Source: Fibrobacterales bacterium (GTDB taxonomy: Bacteria > Fibrobacterota > Fibrobacteria > Fibrobacterales > JAOPTW01). From it: a stretch of DNA of 64,000 bases. The stretch covers positions 36,092-100,091 of the forward strand of contig JAOPTX010000036.1 in the NCBI GenBank assembly GCA_051532055.1. The letters run 5' to 3'. The position numbers and the translations under genes were made by a program. The first letter of the stretch is position 1. Each line of letters starts with the position of its first letter. Shown here one piece after another: positions 1 to 10,500 of this stretch. A model generated the notes under the pieces. That model made no database searches, was not told the DNA's origin, and was given only the letters and a program-made list of their open reading frames with translations.

Positions 1-192
1 AAAGCTGTCCAAGAGAGACCGAGTACCTATAGCGTTAACATGTTTTTAACCGAAGGAGATGTTGTGGGTAGTGTTAGTAACCATACTACCCGAGCAGGTT
101 ATGTGATTTGCTTTGCCGAAACCAGAGAAGAAGTTCTGCGAGAAATTGATAGTGCAATATCTTCTATTACTATTTCTGTAGATCCTAGGTAA
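1..192 (+). CDS. 3' end of a probable ATP-grasp ligase (truncated by window edge)
   Basis: Frame 1 is open to TAA at 190-192. The translation ...EGDVVGSVSNHTTRAGYVICFAETREEV... resembles the C-terminal domain of L-amino-acid-ligase-type ATP-grasp enzymes. Confidence 0.6.
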   Translation, partial: KAVQERPSTYSVNMFLTEGDVVGSVSNHTTRAGYVICFAETREEVLREIDSAISSITISVDPR

Positions 193-196
193 TCGT

Positions 197-2155
197 ATGG
201 TGCACCTGTACTCTGTATTTCATTTGAACGTGGCTTTTTCTTCTATCGAAGTTACACAATATCCAGCGGTGATTGAGCGGTGTTATTGGCCATTACTCAA
301 ATTAATAGATAAAGGAATACTACCTGCAGGCATTGAACTCACAGGATATACCTTAGAAACAATACAGCGATTAGATCCGCTATGGGTTAAAAAATTTAAG
401 GAGCTATTACATAATAAAAAATGTGAACTTATTGGGAGTGGGTATACCCAAATAATAGGACCTCTCGTTCCAGCCAAGGTTAACGGTTATAATCAAAAGC
501 TCGGTAAAGAAGTATATAAAAGTCTTCTTAATGTAGATCCAACTGTGGCGTTGATAAATGAAATGGCGTATTCTCAAGGGATGCTTAAACATTATTCTCA
601 GTGTGGGTATTCGTCAATTATAATGGAGTGGAATAACCCGTACCATTTTAATAATGAATGGTCAAATCTTTTACGCAATCGACCACAAAAAGTGTCTGAT
701 GGAAAAGGCCAGGTTCTGTCTTTGTTATGGGCCGAGACTATTGCCTTTCAAAAGTTTCAACGGTATGCGCATAAAGAGATTACTATTGAAAAATATATGG
801 ATTTCATAGATGGGCATGAAATTGGCGAGGAGGTCTATGTGCCACTCTACAGTAATGATGTCGAAATATTTGACTTTCGCCCAGGACGATTTGAAACGGA
901 GGCAGCACTATTGTCGCCGGGTGAAGAATGGGGACGTATTCGTACTCTTTATGAAACATTGAGCTGTGATGCCACAAAAAAAATGATACTCCCTTCAGAT
1001 GCATTAAAAGGATTACGCTCTAGCGATAGGGAGTGTTTGCATTTAGAAACAGCAACACAACCAATTCCTGTAAAAAAACAAGAAAAATACAATGTGAACA
1101 GATGGGCTTTAACGGGACGTAGTGATTTAGAAATAAATAGTCGTTGTTATAGGGTATATCAGCAAAACATAGAATCAAATGACATACTGTTTTGGAGAGA
1201 ACTGTGCTACTTGTGGTCGAGTGACTTTAGAACACACATTACTCGAAAACGGTGGGAGGAATATGTTGAGAAGTTGGGACAGTTGGAAGCTGATTTAGTC
1301 ATTTCTCGACAAACCTTAGATTCAAAAACAAATGAACAAACCATTTCAATACTGCCTAATGCTGACAAATCTAAATCAGTGTACTCAAAAAATGACCATC
1401 TTATTATTCAAAACAAAGTATATACTATTGGTCTTGATTTAAAAAGAGGGCTTGCGGTCTCAGAGTATATTGTCAAAGGAAGTGATATGCCTTTGTTTGG
1501 GGTCGTAGAGCACGGTTATTATAATGATATTTCATTGGCTGCCGACTTTTATTCTGGCCATACGATAATCGAAAGACCTGGAAAACATAAAATCACTGAC
1601 TTACAGAAATGTGAACCAGATGTGAGTTTTAACGGCGAAACAGTTTTTGTCTCCTATGGGTTTGAAAGTACTTATTTGAATCAGCAAAAAAGTATTTCGG
1701 TATCTGATTCAAGTCTAACTATTTATAAAAAATTATCTCTGCCTCGGAGAGAATTGGCGTCCATTATTCCGTATAGCTTTACTTTTAATGAGTCTGCATG
1801 GGACTTAGAAACTCTTTACTTTGAAACGCATAATGGCGGTGATGATCTGGAACACTTTTCTCTCGCCAATCAGGAGTTAATAGATCATGGGAGGAGTGTT
1901 TCTCATCTTATTTCTTCTAAAAGTGGTATTGGTGCAACCGAAGGAATAGTGATTATTGGAGATCAGTATAAAAAGGTGTGTTTTGAGCATGATGTAACAC
2001 TGTCTGCGCTCATCCCCACAATAGTATTTAAAGTAACAAAAGAAAAGAAGATATTTTTTAGGCTTCAGTATTCGGCCCAAGAAATGGATGATACTTTTAA
2101 AAGTCATAACAATAGTGTAATAATTGAGTCTCATATTAACATCAAGCAGTGGTAG
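197..2155 (+). CDS. Glycoside hydrolase family 57-like protein
   Basis: N-terminal VFHLN..FSSI, ERCYWPLL, ELIGSGYTQIIGPL and NEMAYS motifs match the GH57 N-terminal barrel of the type found in polysaccharide loci. Confidence 0.7.
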   Translation: MVHLYSVFHLNVAFSSIEVTQYPAVIERCYWPLLKLIDKGILPAGIELTGYTLETIQRLDPLWVKKFKELLHNKKCELIGSGYTQIIGPLVPAKVNGYNQKLGKEVYKSLLNVDPTVALINEMAYSQGMLKHYSQCGYSSIIMEWNNPYHFNNEWSNLLRNRPQKVSDGKGQVLSLLWAETIAFQKFQRYAHKEITIEKYMDFIDGHEIGEEVYVPLYSNDVEIFDFRPGRFETEAALLSPGEEWGRIRTLYETLSCDATKKMILPSDALKGLRSSDRECLHLETATQPIPVKKQEKYNVNRWALTGRSDLEINSRCYRVYQQNIESNDILFWRELCYLWSSDFRTHITRKRWEEYVEKLGQLEADLVISRQTLDSKTNEQTISILPNADKSKSVYSKNDHLIIQNKVYTIGLDLKRGLAVSEYIVKGSDMPLFGVVEHGYYNDISLAADFYSGHTIIERPGKHKITDLQKCEPDVSFNGETVFVSYGFESTYLNQQKSISVSDSSLTIYKKLSLPRRELASIIPYSFTFNESAWDLETLYFETHNGGDDLEHFSLANQELIDHGRSVSHLISSKSGIGATEGIVIIGDQYKKVCFEHDVTLSALIPTIVFKVTKEKKIFFRLQYSAQEMDDTFKSHNNSVIIESHINIKQW

Positions 2156-2181
2156 TATTTAAAAAGAGAATGGAGGATAGC

Positions 2182-3174
2182 ATGGGAAATAAGGAATTTT
2201 TACATACCAGACAAACAGTCGAGAATGCTCGGTGTACCTTTGAGAAACAGGTTGAGCTGCCCTCTAAGCTCGTAATAGAACTTTCAAATAGCTGCAACCA
2301 TTCCTGTGGTTTTTGTGCCAATAAGTATATGACTCGTACAAAAAAAATAATCGATTTAGGATTGGCATATAAAATTATTGAAGATGCTGCTGATATGGGT
2401 ATCAAAGAATTGAGCCTTGTTGCAACGGGTGAACCATTTATTTATAAAAACATCGATAAAGTAATTGCACATGCAAAGGCCTGTAATTTTGAATACATAT
2501 ACATTACTACAAATGGCGCTCTGGCAACACCTGATCGGATTAAAGGGGTCATTGATGCAGGTCTCGATTCATTGAAGTTTTCCTTTAATGCAAGTGATAG
2601 AGAATGGTACCAAAAAGTACATGGAAAGGACGACTTTGAAAAAGTTATATCCCATATTCAATATGCTATTCAATATCGAGAAGAGGTAGGTGCGCAGCTA
2701 AATCTTGGGATATCCTGCGTAGTTACAAAAGGTACTGTGGAAGGGGAACGTGACAAAATCATGAAATTGTTTGATGCTAAACTCGATGACGTACTCTGTC
2801 AAATTCCGGGGAGTCAGGGTGGGTATATGGTAGATGAAAATGAATTACTTATTGAGTCTGATCCTGATAGTATTAAAAAATTTAGTTGTCGGTTGCCTTT
2901 CACTACCATTCATGTTACTTCCGAAGGTTATTATAATTTGTGTTGTATAGATTTTCAAAATTATCTAGCGGTGGTAGATTTAAAAGAGAGTTCATTGATG
3001 GAAACATGGAACTCGCCCAAAATGCAAGAGATTCGAGAAAAAATGCTCACCAAAAACTATAAAGACATGCTTTGTTATAAGTGTTTGAACAGAAAGAACG
3101 GACCAATTGTTCCTGTAAATAAAGACTTAGCAACAGAGTTCGATTTTGTAAAAAACAAACTTACCCCCAATTAA
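2182..3174 (+). CDS. Radical SAM protein with C-terminal SPASM/twitch domain
   Basis: CNHSCGFC (CxxxCxxC), GEP and TNG motifs. The C-terminus has C..PF...G...LCC.D...WNS...C..C. ATG 2182 follows a GGAGG RBS (ORF track starts at 2149). Confidence 0.9.
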   Translation: MGNKEFLHTRQTVENARCTFEKQVELPSKLVIELSNSCNHSCGFCANKYMTRTKKIIDLGLAYKIIEDAADMGIKELSLVATGEPFIYKNIDKVIAHAKACNFEYIYITTNGALATPDRIKGVIDAGLDSLKFSFNASDREWYQKVHGKDDFEKVISHIQYAIQYREEVGAQLNLGISCVVTKGTVEGERDKIMKLFDAKLDDVLCQIPGSQGGYMVDENELLIESDPDSIKKFSCRLPFTTIHVTSEGYYNLCCIDFQNYLAVVDLKESSLMETWNSPKMQEIREKMLTKNYKDMLCYKCLNRKNGPIVPVNKDLATEFDFVKNKLTPN

Positions 3175-3184
3175 AGGAAAAAGT

Positions 3185-3853
3185 ATGTCGTCTTATTGCT
3201 CTCTCAAAACTCAAGCATTAACTGAATACGTATGTAAACAATTAAATGTTCAATTCCCTGATGGGCAAGAGGTGAAACCTCACGAACTACTCTCCTCAAT
3301 TGATGAGGCATTGGGGAGATCACTCGTTAATTTTGGGAAAATAAATCGAACGTGTTTTCAAAAAAATGGTGAGGCTTATTTTAATCACCTTCATTCGAAT
3401 GCTTATTCAATGTTCCTCTATTTGTTAAGTAATGTGGTATATGTAAAAGAAAATGGCGTAACACATGTAGTCGAAAAAGTATTCTATTTGAATAAACTCC
3501 TTAATGGAGTAGATGTTCTTTGGGATACGCCTTTGAAAGAATATTTTTATTTTTCTAGGCCTTTAGGTACAACGCTTGGAAATATGGCGACCTATGGTAA
3601 CTATTTTGTGGTATTGCAAGGGTGTACCGTAGGGGCTTCAAGTACACGGTACCCTGAGTTTGGTGATGCCGTTGTGATGTATACTAATTCAACAGTAATG
3701 GGTGGAGTGATTGGTAATAATGTTCAGATTTCAGCACATGCATCAACGTTTGAGGCTGATATTCCAGATAATACTACCGTCTTTGGGCTCTCAACAGGAA
3801 ATACTTTTAAGCCGACTCGACCTAATATGATTGAGCGATTTTTTAACCTATAA
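3185..3853 (+). CDS. Serine-acetyltransferase-like left-handed beta-helix protein
   Basis: FNHLHS..YSMFLY, KVFYLNK.LNG and QGCTVG motifs, followed by hexapeptide-like repeats. Confidence 0.7.
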   Translation: MSSYCSLKTQALTEYVCKQLNVQFPDGQEVKPHELLSSIDEALGRSLVNFGKINRTCFQKNGEAYFNHLHSNAYSMFLYLLSNVVYVKENGVTHVVEKVFYLNKLLNGVDVLWDTPLKEYFYFSRPLGTTLGNMATYGNYFVVLQGCTVGASSTRYPEFGDAVVMYTNSTVMGGVIGNNVQISAHASTFEADIPDNTTVFGLSTGNTFKPTRPNMIERFFNL

Positions 3854-3864
3854 GATGAACAGAA

Positions 3865-5781
3865 ATGGTAAATGAAAAGGTGGATGAAGGGTTGATGGGC
3901 AATATATTAATTGGTAAATGCAGTGCTCTTTCTTACAAAAACGAGTATGGACTTGATTTAGAGCGACCTCTCGTTTCGATTGATGGTACCTCTGATTATT
4001 ACGGTCATGCTAGAAGTATCAAAAAATATTGTGGTTTTAGCTATGATACTCAACTTAGGTGTAATATACAGCACGCATTTGCAAACATCGTATCTAAGCA
4101 AGTGTGGGATCAAGAATTGAAATTCCCCACTTATTTAGCACAAGGGTTCGGTAGAGCGCAATGGGTTTTTGAAAACTATCACAAATGTACTTTTGCCATT
4201 GGTCCCAATATTCACTACGTAGATCAGCTTATTAGTGAAGTTGAATATCAAGAAGAGTCGAAACGACTGGGGAAAAATTTATTGGTATTTCCTTTACATG
4301 CGACTCATCATATTTCAGTTAAATACTCAATAGATGATGTAATTAAGAAAATTGATGCTGTTGCAGCTGATTATGATAGTGTCAGAATATGTGCTTATTG
4401 GAGGGATATAGACTCTGATAATATATTAGAATTTGAGAAAAGAGGATATGAAATAACAACTGCGGGTCATATCTATGACCCCCATTTTTTACATAGATTA
4501 AAACATTTGATCACACTCTCTACTCATACTTGTTCAATTGAGTCTTTTGAAGGGACGCAAGTACCCTATGCAATTTTTCTTAATAGGCCTACATTTATCA
4601 TCAAGCTTGAAGAAGAACCTATTGTACATGGAACAACTCAGCTGGGAGAAAAAGCAGTTGATGATATGGATGTTAGAACGTTATTTAATGAGCATGATGA
4701 ACGGGTTGCCAATACACCATTAAAAGAGTTGTTGACGTACCCACCGGTTATTTCACAAAATCTTTATGGGTATTATTCTGAGGTAGTGGGATTTGATCGG
4801 GTGAGAACCCCTAGCGAAATTAAAAACATCTTAGAAATTGCTCAAGAGTGTCAAGGAATTCTTGAGTATAGTATCGAAACTATTGAATTGATAATCGAAG
4901 AATATGATAAACACGGTGCATTTCACAAGGCCCGTCTCATTGAAAAAGAGTATGCTGTAAAGTTAAAAGAGTATCAGCGAGAAAAGCTAGTAGCTCAACT
5001 TAATGAGGTAAGTCCTGAAAGTAATGTTGCTGGAGAAAAAATCAATATGTACCTAGGGCATAACGAACCAGTACCTAAAGGTTGGTGCAGCATTGATTTG
5101 AGTGAGTTATGTAAAGTAAATTACTCAATATCCTCTCAGTTTAGATTGCCCTATGATGACGGAACTGTCGATTTTCTGTATCACTCACATATTCTAGTGC
5201 GCTACTCTCGCTCTGAAGCCTATTGCTTAATGAAAGAGTGTCAGCGTATCATGAAACCTGGTGGTATTATTCGAGTAGTAGTCCCCGACCTTGAATATGC
5301 TGCTATACAATATTTAGAACAGCTTCAGTCGGCAAAACGAGGTGATGCCCAGGGCGAAAGTCGGTACGAATGGTCGCTCATCGAGTTAATAGACCAGCAA
5401 GTGCGTACACGCACCGGTGGAGAGATGCTCGAGTGTTTAAAATCTACTCCTCCTGAGTCTCGAGATTATGTCGTAGAACGATTTGGAAAACAGGCCTCTC
5501 ACTTCTGGGGCAATAATCAGGTATCGAAAGAGGTAAAGAAGCCTGAGCCCTCTCTTGAGGAGGAAGGAGACTTCCGTAGAATGCGAGAAATTCATAAGTG
5601 GGGCTATGATAGCTTTTCATTGAACAAGATGTTTGTGGATACAGGTTTTACTGAAATGAGTATAGGCGACCCTACTCGTTCAAAAATTCCACAGTTTACT
5701 CAATACTATCTTGATATCGATGAAAATGGAAATCACCGTAAGCCAAATTCTTTAATAATGGAGGGGGTCAAGGCCTCATAA
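3865..5781 (+). CDS. Fusion of an unknown glycan-locus domain with a C-terminal class I methyltransferase-like domain
   Basis: The C-terminal part has LPYDDGTVDFLYHSH, ECQRIMKPGGIIRVVVPDLE and HKWGYD..SL. The N-terminal ~350 aa is not assignable. Confidence 0.65.
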   Translation: MVNEKVDEGLMGNILIGKCSALSYKNEYGLDLERPLVSIDGTSDYYGHARSIKKYCGFSYDTQLRCNIQHAFANIVSKQVWDQELKFPTYLAQGFGRAQWVFENYHKCTFAIGPNIHYVDQLISEVEYQEESKRLGKNLLVFPLHATHHISVKYSIDDVIKKIDAVAADYDSVRICAYWRDIDSDNILEFEKRGYEITTAGHIYDPHFLHRLKHLITLSTHTCSIESFEGTQVPYAIFLNRPTFIIKLEEEPIVHGTTQLGEKAVDDMDVRTLFNEHDERVANTPLKELLTYPPVISQNLYGYYSEVVGFDRVRTPSEIKNILEIAQECQGILEYSIETIELIIEEYDKHGAFHKARLIEKEYAVKLKEYQREKLVAQLNEVSPESNVAGEKINMYLGHNEPVPKGWCSIDLSELCKVNYSISSQFRLPYDDGTVDFLYHSHILVRYSRSEAYCLMKECQRIMKPGGIIRVVVPDLEYAAIQYLEQLQSAKRGDAQGESRYEWSLIELIDQQVRTRTGGEMLECLKSTPPESRDYVVERFGKQASHFWGNNQVSKEVKKPEPSLEEEGDFRRMREIHKWGYDSFSLNKMFVDTGFTEMSIGDPTRSKIPQFTQYYLDIDENGNHRKPNSLIMEGVKAS

Positions 5782-5869
5782 AGTTTAGAAGCTGACGTAC
5801 AAATTTAGACCCCCCATTTCCGCTATTTAATTATATTCCTTTAAGTTAAAGAGGGTCATAGACTTAAAA

Positions 5870-6634
5870 ATGGAGATATCTATGCAAGATAATAATTTGG
5901 CTTCAAATACATTCCAACACGGTGGTAACTTTTATGGGAATGTTGTGCTTAATCCTGCAACATTGGCAAATATCGCAACCTCCGATGAGATATGGAGAGA
6001 GTTGATTCCCTTTTGTCGTACCCTCGCTCCCGATGTCTATGTCGATTATTTAAATGCCTATTACTCTGAATGTTTTTTGCGTTTTGGTAAACATTGGGTC
6101 TATTATGATATTGTAAATGTATTGTACGCGGCAGCTAAAATGGTGAAGCCCCAAAATTACCTCGAAATTGGTGTCAGAAGAGGACGGTCTGTATCGACAG
6201 TCATAAAAGCATCTCCGAGTACTAATGTATTTGCCTTTGATATGTGGCAACAAAATTATGCAGGCATGGATAACCCAGGTCCAGAATTTGTACAGAATGA
6301 AATTAAAAAACATGGACATAATGGGTCGATTCAGTTTTTTAATGGTAACTCTCACGAAACCCTTCCTCTATTTTTTGCGGCGAACCCCGGACTAGAGCTT
6401 GATATGATCACGGTTGATGGCGACCATACTGCTGATGGAGCCCTTCAAGATTTACGCGATGTCATTCCACACCTTGCTCTTGGGGGTATTTTGATTTTTG
6501 ATGATATCTCTCACCCACAGCACATGTATTTACTTGATGTGTGGAACAAAGCTATTTCTGAACATGGGGGGATTTCTTCCTTTGAATATGTTGAGTCTGG
6601 GTATGGTGTTGCCTTCGGAATACGAGTAAAATAA
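5870..6634 (+). CDS. Class I SAM-dependent methyltransferase (Methyltransf_24-like)
   Basis: YLEIGVRRGRS, ITVDGDH and LALGGILIFDD motifs. The true start may be ATG 5882. Confidence 0.85.
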   Translation: MEISMQDNNLASNTFQHGGNFYGNVVLNPATLANIATSDEIWRELIPFCRTLAPDVYVDYLNAYYSECFLRFGKHWVYYDIVNVLYAAAKMVKPQNYLEIGVRRGRSVSTVIKASPSTNVFAFDMWQQNYAGMDNPGPEFVQNEIKKHGHNGSIQFFNGNSHETLPLFFAANPGLELDMITVDGDHTADGALQDLRDVIPHLALGGILIFDDISHPQHMYLLDVWNKAISEHGGISSFEYVESGYGVAFGIRVK

Positions 6635-6636
6635 GT

Positions 6637-7557
6637 ATGAAACGTATTTTAATCACGGGTGCCGGCGGTTTTTTAGGAACACACATTAGCATGCTTTTGG
6701 GACAACAAGGGTATGAAATTGCATTAATCGGTCGTATTCATAGCCATAATAGTTTTCTTCTTGCTATGCCCACAGTAAAGGTGTTTTCAGGAGTGACACT
6801 CCCCGATGATTCTCTTGAGAAGTTAATCAAAGAGTTTAAACCGGATGCCTTGGTGCATTGTGCGGGGACCGCGTCGGTACCATTTTCTGTAGAAAGCCCC
6901 TACCTCGACTTTCAATATACCGTTGATGTTTGCGCCTCTACTCTCGAAACACTGCGCCTTCATGCACCGGGTATACAGTTTATTCTACTCTCATCTGCAT
7001 CGGTATATGGCAACCCCACAGAGCTGCCCGTAAAAGAAGATGCGCCTGTTGCGCCTATTTCTCCCTATGCTTTTCATAAAAAAATGATGGAAACTCTTGT
7101 AGAAGAGTATACCGTATTGCATAATATAAAAGGGAGTGTACTCAGAATCTTTTCAGCTTATGGAGAGTTTCAAAAGAAACAGGTGATCTATGATATGTTC
7201 AATAAACTCTCTACACCAGGCGATAAAACATTAGAGTTTTTTGGCACCGGAAATGAGTCGAGAGATTTTATCCATGGGAGAGATATTGCCCAAGCGATAG
7301 CCTGTCTTATCTCAAGTGAGAGTACTGGTGTCTTCAATGGAGCATCGGGTGAGCAAATATATATTAAGGATTTAGTAGAAAATATTCATAGCATTTGTAA
7401 CAGTGATAGGGACTATACCTTTTCAGGGTCAGTTCGTCAGGGCGACCCAATCAATTGGCAAGCGGATATAGGTAAACTTAAACAGATTGGATTTGTTCCT
7501 GAGATTTCCTTTGAGCAAGGGCTCGAAAAGTTTTGGGAATGGCTCAAAGTATTATAA
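6637..7557 (+). CDS. NAD-dependent epimerase/dehydratase (extended SDR)
   Basis: GAGGFLG, SSASVYG, YAFHK (YxxxK) and RDFIH motifs. Confidence 0.9.
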   Translation: MKRILITGAGGFLGTHISMLLGQQGYEIALIGRIHSHNSFLLAMPTVKVFSGVTLPDDSLEKLIKEFKPDALVHCAGTASVPFSVESPYLDFQYTVDVCASTLETLRLHAPGIQFILLSSASVYGNPTELPVKEDAPVAPISPYAFHKKMMETLVEEYTVLHNIKGSVLRIFSAYGEFQKKQVIYDMFNKLSTPGDKTLEFFGTGNESRDFIHGRDIAQAIACLISSESTGVFNGASGEQIYIKDLVENIHSICNSDRDYTFSGSVRQGDPINWQADIGKLKQIGFVPEISFEQGLEKFWEWLKVL

Positions 7558-7567
7558 AGGAGACAAT

Positions 7568-10500
7568 GTGCGCATTGCTTTAAACCAAGTGGGAAACAGT
7601 AAATGGCATGGTGGTATTACCTACCTTCACAATTTACTGTGTGCAATTCGTTCATTGCCCGTTAATGACCAACCAGAACTCTTTCTCCATATCGATCAAA
7701 ATACGGCACCACATCTACAAGATAACGCGTCACTGTTCCCTTTATTAGATGGGATAACTTATAGAGGGCCAATTCCTTTACAAGAAACATCTGTTTCAGG
7801 GCTCCCCCTCAAGAGTTATACGAGTTCAGATTTGTTTTTTGAGGATATCGACTTTTTATTTCCTCTCAATACTGATGTACTCCCTGGGGTACCAGTTGCC
7901 TCATGGATACCAGATTTTCAACACAAGTATCTACCTCATCTGTTTTCGCAAGAACTCCTGAGCAGTAGAGATACTCTGTATCAAAAGATGGCCGATGAAG
8001 CTACGGTGGTAGTACTTTCGAGTGAAGCAGTTAAAAAAGATTATATCAATCTCTATTCGTCAAATGCGGCTCCAGTAGAGATTTTACGGTTCCACACCTC
8101 GATTCCCAAAGATGCGCTCGAAATGTCACCACAGACGATAGTGAATAAATATGAGTTGCCCGATAATTATATACTGTGTTGTAATCAGTTTTGGGCCCAT
8201 AAGAACCATAGCATGCTTTTCGAAACTCTTGCATTGTTAAAAAAGCAAGGCCATTCACCTACATTGGTATGTACAGGGGGCACCGAAGATTTTCGAGACA
8301 AAAATTATTTTACTAACCTAACGAATAGCGATGCGTTTAATGCTGTAAAAGAGAATGTCAAAATTCTAGGATTCATACCCCGAGAAGATCAAATTCAATT
8401 ACTCCGCTCTGCAACAGCATTGATACAACCGTCCTTGTTTGAGGGGTGGAGTACTGTTGTTGAAGATGCTCGGAGTGTTGGCTTACCACTGTTTTTATCA
8501 AATTTGGATGTACATGTTGAACAGGCACCTGAGGCTTCATATCTATTTGATCCTCATGACCCTGCACAACTAGCAGCGCTCTATATAGAAAATATAAGTA
8601 CCTGTCTTACACGAGATAAAGTTGCGTGTGAACAAAAGGCAGCTCAAGAAAGTAGAAAGCTCGTTCAACGGTATGCAGAAACATTTCTTACCATTGCTCA
8701 GAAATATTCGCAAGACCAAGACCAAGGGCAAAGTGAAAGGTCAATTATGAATACTCGAGATGAGTTACTCCCTATAGAGAGTATGATCAAAGCGGGGAAT
8801 AATGAAGATGCGGTAAATACATTGATGCCTATTGTAAGGGGTAACCCCAATGACATAGATGCCTATTATTTGCTTATTATCTGTTTTTGGAATCTTGGTA
8901 GTTACGAGAAGGCTCAAACAATGTTGTCCATGGCCTTGGATATGGCGGCCAATCACGAGGGGCTTATCTATCTAAAAAATAAGGTTGCGCTTGCAACGAT
9001 TGATAAGTCTAAAATTGCACTTCCAGAAACTACAGTACTACCTAGTGTTTTGGGGCACCATGAAGAAAACTTACCTAAAATTTCAATTGTAGTTCCTTCA
9101 TACAACCAGGGGAGGTACCTTGATAAATGCCTCAGTTCTATTTTCTCACAAAACTACCCTAACCTAGAATGTTGTGTTATTGATGGGGGGAGTACTGATG
9201 AGTCAGTGGCCGTTATAAAAAAATATGATGATAAGTTGACCTTTTGGGTAAGTGAAAATGATAGAGGGCAAAGTCATGCAATAAATAAAGGGCTTGAGAG
9301 AAGCACTGGTGATATATGGGCATGGCTCAATAGTGACGATTGGTATGAACCGGGCGCGCTTTTTAAAGTGGCAGAAACCTATAAATGCAACCCCGAAGCG
9401 AGTGCCTGGGTTGGCGCGTGTTATCGACTCCATGATAATGGTTGGCTGCACTATATCTCTTATCCAAATGGTTTGACGAGAGAGCACTTAGGGAACAATT
9501 GGAACTGTAGGCAGTTTTATCAGCCATCCTGTTTTTTTAACCGGAAGTATGTCCAAGAAGTTGGTGGGCTTAAAGAGGCCCTTCATTTTACAATGGATAT
9601 CGATCTTTACTTACGAGTACTTGAGAGAGGCCCCTTTGTTCAAGGAGAGGGGATTTGGAGTACTGCACTTGCACAAACTGATGCCAAAACGGTAAAGCAA
9701 ATTGGTGAAGCATTTGCAGAACATGCAGAGCTTGATCGAAGTTATGGCTTCATTCGCGGTGCTCAAAATATTGAAGAAAAAATAAAGTCTCAATATAAAT
9801 ATTCAAATTATGCCGTACCTGATTCGGTACTTGATGCACTGGCATTATTATCAAGTGAGTTTGATGTTCAGGCGCCATTTGAGTTTTATACCAGAAGTCA
9901 TCTCTACTTTATTGGTGACTTTTCGAATAAAGAAAATGTTCAAGAGTCTATTCGTTGGATTAAAGCATTAGTTTCTGTATTGTTTGAACGTATTCATAAT
10001 CCGGTGTTGCATGTATGTGGCGCAGGAGTAACGGCAGTTTCTAGTCTTGCCCAGCCAAATCAAGTTATACTCTCCGAACGAACGGACCTCTCAAATTTAA
10101 AACAGGTGAATAGTGTTGTTATCTCCCCTCATACCTATTCGTTAGAGTGGCTTGACGCCAATAGGACACCATTGACTCATGCTGGAGTTCCGATACATTT
10201 TTGCGGCCTTCAAGGAAGCTATACAAATTATGTTAATGGAGAAAATGCATTTCTAGGTAAAGAACCTGATGAACTGGCATTCAAAGTGATGCTCTGTATG
10301 CTTGAACCCAGTACCTATGGTAATTTTAGTGCCATGACATTACTGAACTCAGGCCCTCAAAGTACCTTAGGCACAGAGCCTACGTCCGTTGTTCAGTGCC
10401 AAGAGGCAAATAATCAAAAGCGAGTACATGTATTTATTTATTGTTGGAACAATGAATCAAAAATCAAAGATGCATTAGAGTCCTTGCGTACTACACAATA

